NCBI GenBank assembly: GCA_029856125.1 | Contig: JAHQWJ010000140.1 | Span: 1-14,922 of the forward strand | Direction: 5' to 3' | DNA from: Promethearchaeia archaeon | GTDB lineage: Archaea > Asgardarchaeota > Lokiarchaeia > Sigyniarchaeales > SOKP01 | DNA: 14,922 bases | Made by a program: the position numbers and the translations under genes | Shown: positions 1 through 5,649 of the stretch, one piece after another | Numbering within the stretch: position 1 is the first letter of the stretch | Layout of the letters: each line of letters starts with the position of its first letter | Notes under the pieces: generated by a model | What the model saw: only the letters and a program-made list of their open reading frames with translations | Told to the model about the DNA's origin: nothing | Databases searched by the model: none

Positions 1-833
1 CCGCAATACTGGCAATAAACAATATCTTCGGGGGCTTTATTTTTTAAGGAGGGACGGATTAGGAGTTGAGGTGCCATTTCGAAATCGTCTGGCGGGTTTG
101 GAGGGGTGAAAATGTATGGATATGGGAATCGATCATCGCCTTCATCATCGTAATCGTTTCTTTTCTTAGTCTCATCATCCTTTAATGACTGAATAATAGT
201 GTCTTTATCATTATTAGAAGAATCTCGAAATTTTTCAAGGAATAATCTCAAGTAAAGGTGCCAATTTGGAAATATCAGGCTTTCCTTTAATGACTGAATA
301 ATAGTATCTTTGTCATTATCAGAAAAATCTCGAAATTTTTCAAGGAATAACCTCAAGTATACCCTTTTCTTGGAAGAATTTCTCTGAATGTTTGTGACGA
401 GATTAGTAATTAGCAATTTCGCCTCTTTCCCAAGATTTTCTTGTTCGGGAAGGGGATCCGTGACTTCCATAGATTCCAGCCTAAATGCGTTTAAAATTTC
501 TTGCATCTTTTTTTCTAAAAATCCAAGTCTAGCGTCTTTCGTAGTAGATACCAGCAAGACTACCTTTGGGCCAATTTGTGTTACCAAGAGATATCCTTCG
601 CTTCCTTTTATGTATAATTGATCGAAATCTCCTCTTCCCATTTCTATAATTGCCCTTTCGGATAAAGATAGTAAAGCTCCAGTCATTCCAGAGATTCTCG
701 TTTCATCAACACCTTGCGGAAGTGCAGATCCAATGGGAAGCCCTTCAGTAGACATAATAGCAACAGACTTTATTTCGGGGATTGCTCCTAGTAACTTTTT
801 TAAAAGGTCATCCAGGGTATCGACGCTTTCCAT
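1..833 (-). CDS. Roadblock/LC7 (MglB/LAMTOR2-like) domain protein with long C-terminal extension (2x helical repeat, acidic + Pro-rich motif, start of a Zn-ribbon); 3' end truncated by the window edge
   Basis: Not in the ORF track. Manual translation from ATG 833 (in-frame TTG at 842 is an alternative start) is open to position 1: MESVDTLDDLLKKLLGAIPEIKSVAIMSTEGLPIGSALPQGVDETRISGMTGALLSLSERAIIEMGRGDFDQLYIKGSEGYLLVTQIGPKVVLLVSTTKDARLG... This matches the archaeal roadblock pattern (S.EGLPI.S, DE.RI..M..ALLSL.ER, LYIKG..GY, RLG). It continues through ...DDEGDDRFPYPYIFTPPNPPDDF...VYCQYCG. AGGAG Shine-Dalgarno at 846-850. Confidence 0.93.
   Translation of the reverse strand, partial: MESVDTLDDLLKKLLGAIPEIKSVAIMSTEGLPIGSALPQGVDETRISGMTGALLSLSERAIIEMGRGDFDQLYIKGSEGYLLVTQIGPKVVLLVSTTKDARLGFLEKKMQEILNAFRLESMEVTDPLPEQENLGKEAKLLITNLVTNIQRNSSKKRVYLRLFLEKFRDFSDNDKDTIIQSLKESLIFPNWHLYLRLFLEKFRDSSNNDKDTIIQSLKDDETKKRNDYDDEGDDRFPYPYIFTPPNPPDDFEMAPQLLIRPSLKNKAPEDIVYCQYC
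178..359. repeat. Intragenic direct repeat, two 77-bp copies (178-254 and 283-359), period 105 bp = 35 codons
   Basis: Manual alignment gives 5 mismatches in 77 bp. The copies encode YLRLFLEKFRDFSDNDKDTIIQSLK and YLRLFLEKFRDSSNNDKDTIIQSLK in frame. Confidence 0.97.
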
Positions 834-845
834 TACTGACAATTT

Positions 846-905
846 CTCCTTCGCACTAAATACCTATTTTTATTAGATATAAATAGTTTAATAGAAGACT
901 ATTAA
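846..905 (-). promoter_or_regulatory. Putative promoter and RBS of the roadblock gene
   Basis: Minus-strand AGGAG at 846-850, TTTATA box at 878-883, and an adjacent perfect inverted repeat TTAATAG-aaga-CTATTAA at 888-905. Confidence 0.45.
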
Positions 906-1118
906 GAATATATTTTCACTAATAATTTAAATAGATTGGGTATCTTCCCTAACAATCTCAGAGTTTATGGAATCTAAAATCGTTTTTTATCCAATCCTAC
1001 AATTATTAAGAACATTCAGGCTAATAAATTTCACAGTTCTCTCGCTTTTTCACGGGACATAAAAGAAGTTGTTCGATCTAACTATTTTCTACAGATAAGT
1101 ATCTTAAAAATTACGCTC

Positions 1119-1142
1119 AAAAAAATTAAAAATAAATAAAAA
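1119..1142 (-). terminator. Putative archaeal oligo-T terminator after the thiolase
   Basis: The minus strand reads TTTTTATTTATTTTTAATTTTTTT directly after the TAA at 1143-1145. Confidence 0.45.
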
Positions 1143-2333
1143 TTATTTATCGTTTTGTCCCAAAATGGTGATTGCAGCAACGCTAAAGGCTCCACCGAGG
1201 TTGTGACAAAGACCAATTTTCGCGTCTGGAACTTGTCTTCCTTCAGCACGCCCTTGAACTTGCTTGCTAATTTCAGTGAGCATCCGGCAACCGGTACTTC
1301 CAATTGGGTGGCCAAAACTTTTCAATCCACCAGATGGATTTACGGCAGTTTCTCCGTCCCAATTGAATGTGCCATTCTTAAGTTCTTCAGCTGCTTGACC
1401 CCTATCACAAAATTGTAAGTCTTGACAATTTATGAGTTCTGTGATCGTAAAGCAGTCATGGACTTCTGCGGCGTCAATTTGCTTTCTTGGATCGGTGATT
1501 CCCGCTTCTTTATAAGCATATTTCGCTGCTTTAACGGTCGATGGGAACGCAGTAAAGTCTGCTCCAGGTCCACCAGGAGGCACGTACCAAGGAAAATTGG
1601 TGTGAGCAGAAATCGCATTGGCTTTCACCACTACGTAATCATCCGCATGAGCGTAAGATTCTGCGAGTTCTGGTCTTGTAAGGATCAACGCGGCAGCTCC
1701 GTCTGACATTGCACAACAGTCGAACCTACCAAGAGGATCAGCAATCATAGGAGCACTCATCGCAGCATCAATGGTTATTGGTCTTCTGAAATGTGCTTTT
1801 GGATGATGAGAACCATTATCATGGTTTTTTACAGCAACTCGAGCTAAATCTTCCTTTGTCCAACCGAATTCATGGAAACATCTGGTTGCAGCCATCGAAA
1901 ACATTGCGGGTGCAGAAGGTGTTGGGTATAGTGGATGTCCAAATTGCTTAAATCCAGGCAAACCACTGCCTCCTTCGTCCATTAGCTTCTCTACTCCACA
2001 AGCGAGAGCAATGTCATATGCCCCAGAAGCTACAGCAAAAGAAGCGTTACGGAACGCGTCCATACCCGAAGCACAATAATTTTCCACTCGAGTGGCAGGT
2101 TTACCATCCAATCGTAGGATATCTTCTACCATTGCACCTGATAATCCAGTAAAATAGTAAAATATTCCAATCCAGCTCGCATCAACCTCATCCTTGGTGA
2201 TTCCGGCGTCCTTTATTGCGCTTTGGAACGCTTCGAAGAGCAGGTCATGTTGCGACTTGTCCCACCGTTCTCCATATTTTGTCATATCGCAACCGATAAT
2301 CGCGACTTTGTCTTTAATACCATGTCTTACCAT
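1143..2333 (-). CDS. Thiolase, SCP2/archaeal type (acetyl-CoA acetyltransferase family), 396 aa
   Basis: Motifs ENYCASG (nucleophile Cys87), NH.NG, EVHDCFT (HDCF signature) and GHPIGSTG. Start moved from 2381 to ATG 2333 because AGGAGGT lies at 2341-2347 (7-nt spacer) right after the upstream stop, and the conserved KVAIIG strand begins shortly after. Confidence 0.95.
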   Translation of the reverse strand: MVRHGIKDKVAIIGCDMTKYGERWDKSQHDLLFEAFQSAIKDAGITKDEVDASWIGIFYYFTGLSGAMVEDILRLDGKPATRVENYCASGMDAFRNASFAVASGAYDIALACGVEKLMDEGGSGLPGFKQFGHPLYPTPSAPAMFSMAATRCFHEFGWTKEDLARVAVKNHDNGSHHPKAHFRRPITIDAAMSAPMIADPLGRFDCCAMSDGAAALILTRPELAESYAHADDYVVVKANAISAHTNFPWYVPPGGPGADFTAFPSTVKAAKYAYKEAGITDPRKQIDAAEVHDCFTITELINCQDLQFCDRGQAAEELKNGTFNWDGETAVNPSGGLKSFGHPIGSTGCRMLTEISKQVQGRAEGRQVPDAKIGLCHNLGGAFSVAAITILGQNDK

Positions 2334-2340
2334 ATTTATT

Positions 2341-2347
2341 ACCTCCT
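2341..2347 (-). promoter_or_regulatory. Strong Shine-Dalgarno (AGGAGGT) for the thiolase, abutting the upstream stop codon
   Basis: The minus strand reads TAA AGGAGGT AATAAAT ATG. Confidence 0.8.
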
Positions 2348-3793
2348 TTAAGTTCTCCCCCTCACGGGTCGACATTTCCAATAATAATTTTTAAATTCAG
2401 CACCTTCGTGTTCTTTTCTGAATGTTAGCTCGACTCTCATTCCAATTTTGACGTTTTCTTCGGGTTTTTCAATTTCAGTCATATTAACGAGCACCCTACC
2501 ACCACCGTCAAGGTCTATCACGCATCGTGGGACGGGTGTATTGAGATATGCTCCACCAACCAAGTGATCGAGTGTATATGTAAAGAGTTCTCCTTTCTTT
2601 TGGAGTTTCACGGATTCAAGTTGATCATCAGCCCTGCAGACGGAACAAGCTCGTGACATGTCTGGATATTGCACGGTTCCGCAATTCTTGCACTTTACAC
2701 CATACCACTTGTAAACTGAAAGAGTATCACGCCAGATTAATACAGCTGAGCTCTTACGTGTATATCTGTCCTTATTGAGTAATTCTTTAAACTCAATGAA
2801 TTTGTTGTAATTCTTTAGAAGCGTCATCGATTTTTGGTGACCGACAAAACCCATTCTCCCCTTGCTAATAGCTTTAACGCCATCTTTATCTCGAACTTGC
2901 ATTAGAAATGCATCAGCGCCATCTCCAAAACCAGCCATAATGATCTTGGCATCTGGTTTAGGCCTTCGTAAGCTCGCAATGAGGAGCATGAAGGGCATTG
3001 GTGTTCCCGTGTCACCTACTTGAAAGAATGCGCCATTTTGAGCGACTCCCTGGCCAAATTTCATCATTTTAGAGATTCTACTGTGCATTCTTGGGTTATT
3101 ATAGTAATAAGCTGCAATTGCAATGTCCTCAGAAGGATTTAAATTATTGCGTTTCAAAATTTCAGACATAACTTTGGTGATGCTTTCCACATAAAACTTC
3201 GCGTCCATTTTAACTTCAAAAGTTCTGATAAATTCATCCTTATCCGCTCTTTTCCACGGTCCAGTCACATTCGCTGAGACAGAGTAATAATCATCAATCG
3301 AAATTGGGATATTTTCTTCATCCGCAACGAGTAAAGCTGCCGCACCATCTGCAAACCCAAATTCCCACATAGTTGAGGGTTCAGGTTTTCGAGTATCAGC
3401 TGCTACTACCAAAATACTGTTGATATCTTTGTTAGCTTTGACTGTATCAACTGCCCTAGCTAAGGCTGTTGTACCTGCTTTAGTAGAGTCCGTGAAATCT
3501 GCGGTAATGATATCTTCTCTCATATCGAGTACGGTAGCGATTAGTGACGCTGAATCTTTTTCGGTATACACTTGAGTTGTTGAAGCAAAGAATATTCCAT
3601 CAACGGTCTTAGGGTCAATTCCCGCTAAGCAATCGAGTCCTGCTTCTACGGACATTGTTAAGCTGTCCTCATCTACCATCGCTACTGCTTTCGTCCCAGG
3701 AACTGCTGGAAAATCCCATGCTTTCGAGATGAGTTCTCGGGGTAGCATGTACTTAGGTAAATAAGCACCATAACTTTTAATACCAATTGGCAT
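2348..3793 (-). CDS. HMG-CoA synthase/FabH-like domain (catalytic residues lost) fused to DUF35 Zn-ribbon + OB-fold domain, 481 aa
   Basis: N-terminal GIKSYGAYLP, DEDSLTMSVEA, KAGT, DGAAALLV and GFGDG fit the HMGCS fold. C-terminal CKNC(368-371)...CSVC(383-386) followed by G.LFTYT, V.IGMRVELTFRK and YYWK fit DUF35. GAGGT at 3805-3809. Confidence 0.92.
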   Translation of the reverse strand: MPIGIKSYGAYLPKYMLPRELISKAWDFPAVPGTKAVAMVDEDSLTMSVEAGLDCLAGIDPKTVDGIFFASTTQVYTEKDSASLIATVLDMREDIITADFTDSTKAGTTALARAVDTVKANKDINSILVVAADTRKPEPSTMWEFGFADGAAALLVADEENIPISIDDYYSVSANVTGPWKRADKDEFIRTFEVKMDAKFYVESITKVMSEILKRNNLNPSEDIAIAAYYYNNPRMHSRISKMMKFGQGVAQNGAFFQVGDTGTPMPFMLLIASLRRPKPDAKIIMAGFGDGADAFLMQVRDKDGVKAISKGRMGFVGHQKSMTLLKNYNKFIEFKELLNKDRYTRKSSAVLIWRDTLSVYKWYGVKCKNCGTVQYPDMSRACSVCRADDQLESVKLQKKGELFTYTLDHLVGGAYLNTPVPRCVIDLDGGGRVLVNMTEIEKPEENVKIGMRVELTFRKEHEGAEFKNYYWKCRPVRGRT

Positions 3794-3804
3794 TTTATTT
3801 TTTT

Positions 3805-3854
3805 ACCTCTATTTCCTCTTATTTTTGTTGTTTGGATATAAATTATTAATTATA
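3805..3854 (-). promoter_or_regulatory. Putative promoter and RBS of the HMGCS-like/thiolase operon
   Basis: Minus-strand TTTATA at 3837-3842 and GAGGT at 3805-3809, upstream of ATG 3793. Confidence 0.4.
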
Positions 3855-3982
3855 TGATTCTCAATTTTTTAAATTAAATATATTTTGGTTTTTAATTCTG
3901 ACAGAAGATGTTTTTCAAAAACCATTTTTTTTAAGAATGAGGTGGATGCTATTCAATACGAGATGTATTTTGGTACATTCAT

Positions 3983-4477
3983 TCAATCGTTTTCAAATTT
4001 TTTTTCTAAAACAGTAATAATTGGTTTAAATCCCACTTTTCCAAAAACATCTATTAATTTTTGTAATTTTGCGCCTCCGCCATAAGCCATATTGATCCTT
4101 ACGGCCTCACAGCCCCACGATTTAAGTATCTGTGTAGCCCGATCTGCGAGAATTTGACCAACACCTTTTCCGATAAATTCTTTTTTAGTTGCCCAATTAT
4201 TTAGATATCCAATGTACTGTCCTAAGTTGTTTTTCACTGCTTCCAACATTCCCATTGACGCGACTTGACCTGTTGATTTTAGTTCAGCTATTAAGGTTAT
4301 TCGTTTTAAATTTGGTTTAAATTGTCTTAAGCCAGATGTTTCTCGCCACTTTGACTCTACGAATCCGATGTTGAACTTACTTTGAAGTTCTAATAAGATT
4401 TTTAAAGTAGCTTGGTAATCAGATGTTCTATAATTTCTGATGATAATATCTTTTTCTTTAATTAAATCGTCGGACAT
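3983..4477 (-). CDS. GNAT-family N-acetyltransferase, 164 aa
   Basis: IIIRNYRTSDY N-terminal strand and helix; GYLNNWATKKEFIGKGVGQIL acetyl-CoA-binding motif A; FGKVGF equivalent of the Y.K.GF motif; typical length. Confidence 0.85.
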   Translation of the reverse strand: MSDDLIKEKDIIIRNYRTSDYQATLKILLELQSKFNIGFVESKWRETSGLRQFKPNLKRITLIAELKSTGQVASMGMLEAVKNNLGQYIGYLNNWATKKEFIGKGVGQILADRATQILKSWGCEAVRINMAYGGGAKLQKLIDVFGKVGFKPIITVLEKKFEND

Positions 4478-4501
4478 ATTTTTCTACCAATTTTTTATGT
4501 G

Positions 4502-5533
4502 CTATGTAGTTTTTAAGAGTGTTAAATCAATTCTTTTTGATAATAATTTTTCATTGCTCACTTCGTCAATGATAAAGAATATGTACTCGTCAATATGAGG
4601 TATGATAGGTGATATAAAAACTAGTTCTTCTTGTGGAAACCAGTTATCGATGGTTTCAATCATAATTTCTTTTTCAAAATACTCTTTTAGATGATTAATT
4701 TTTACAATTATCCCCTTAACTTCTTCTAGGGAATTATTTTGAACAAGTATTTCCAATTCTTGACTATCTTCTATAATATTTATTTTAAGTAGTATAAACT
4801 GTTTTTTATCGGCAAAGTTCACTTCTCCTTTTTTCTGAGGGTCAAATAATTGAATGCTGGAGAAAGAGCCTTTATAATCCTTACTTTCTATATGCGATAC
4901 ATCTAACCCTTTAAACGCTAAATATGCTATAGCTTTTTGCATTCGTATAGATGTCGCGTCTGAATTTTTTATCACATTAGAAAAAAACGTATTCGTTGTT
5001 TTTTCGATCGAATCCCTAAGTAATTTTTTGATTGATTGGCCAATTTCTATGCGTTTTTTAATTTTCGGAGTTTTAATTACTTCATCCTGCAATATCTCAG
5101 AGTCAATTATTTCAAACAACTTATCTTCATATTCATCTTTAACTTCTTGAGTTAAAATTCGTATAAGTTCGTCCCCAAAAAGCTCAATATTGTTTGGTAG
5201 TGATACTATTATCACAATCGTTTCAGGTGTATCCTCTTGAAGTCCAGATCGTCGTTTTTCTCTTTTTGATTGAGTGAGAAATTTTTTACCGAAGAATGTG
5301 TATCCCTTATACTCAAGATCTATGTGATCTAAAGCATCTGATTCGTTTAAGCTTAAAAACCAAATTGGATGATATTTAATCGGGCGCATAAATGCTTTGT
5401 CGTTCTTATACTTTTCAACGGGATATATTAACAAAGGCATATGCCCTTGAGATTCGTCAAAATATAGGACGTAAACTACTGCTAATTCTTCAAAAGGATT
5501 TTTTTCTGATGTTGATTCAAATAATTCAGCCAA
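4502..5533 (-). CDS. Hypothetical protein, 343 aa, with putative N-terminal longin/uDENN-like domain and beta-rich C-terminal domain
   Basis: Long ORF with TTG start. VVYVLYFDESQGHMPLLIYP resembles the hhhhFD..xG..h...YP first beta-hairpin of uDENN/longin domains. C-terminal LEILVQNNSLEEVKGIIVKI resembles an Ig-like strand pair. The ORF is solid; the domain call is tentative. Confidence 0.7.
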   Translation of the reverse strand: MAELFESTSEKNPFEELAVVYVLYFDESQGHMPLLIYPVEKYKNDKAFMRPIKYHPIWFLSLNESDALDHIDLEYKGYTFFGKKFLTQSKREKRRSGLQEDTPETIVIIVSLPNNIELFGDELIRILTQEVKDEYEDKLFEIIDSEILQDEVIKTPKIKKRIEIGQSIKKLLRDSIEKTTNTFFSNVIKNSDATSIRMQKAIAYLAFKGLDVSHIESKDYKGSFSSIQLFDPQKKGEVNFADKKQFILLKINIIEDSQELEILVQNNSLEEVKGIIVKINHLKEYFEKEIMIETIDNWFPQEELVFISPIIPHIDEYIFFIIDEVSNEKLLSKRIDLTLLKTT

Positions 5534-5649
5534 GAACGGACCCTTATAATCGTTTTTTTTGAACTGCTAAAGAAAGAAATAATTCTTTGTCTAAAAGTTT
5601 AATTAAAAAATATGTATTATTAATTATAACAGTTTTGGAGTGAATATTT
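5534..5649. promoter_or_regulatory. Divergent promoter region
   Basis: 116-bp very AT-rich gap between divergent genes, with TATA-like TTTAATTA and TAATTATA, and GGAG at 5637-5640 before ATG 5650. Confidence 0.45.

Noticed and set aside
178-359. Repeat as a CRISPR array, DGR template/variable repeat or IS-related repeat
   Set aside because: Only two 77-bp copies, in frame within one CDS. All 5 differences are transitions of mixed type rather than adenine-specific changes, and no cas, reverse transcriptase or transposase gene is in the window.
388-621. 77-aa plus-strand ORF from the track
   Set aside because: Antisense shadow of the roadblock gene, with no recognisable motifs.
974-1060. Short minus-strand ORF with two in-frame TGA codons as a possible selenoprotein
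   Set aside because: Only about 28 codons even with readthrough, with no redox motif, RBS or visible SECIS.
2334-2381. 16-aa N-terminal extension of the thiolase given by the track
   Set aside because: It overlaps the upstream gene, and the perfect SD at 2341-2347 points to ATG 2333.
1082-2394. Short track ORFs 1082-1315, 1155-1418, 1422-1706, 1430-1618 and 2194-2394
   Set aside because: All overlap the well-supported thiolase in other frames or on the opposite strand.
2348-3793. Calling this gene a functional HMG-CoA synthase
   Set aside because: The catalytic Glu, Cys and His positions are all substituted.
3885-4085. 66-aa plus-strand ORF
   Set aside because: Antisense overlap with the GNAT 3' end, TTG start, no motifs.
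3842-5628. Identical 13-mer ATTATTAATTATA in two intergenic regions (3842-3854 and 5616-5628)
   Set aside because: Pure A/T word in very AT-rich promoter DNA, so plausibly chance or generic TATA context.
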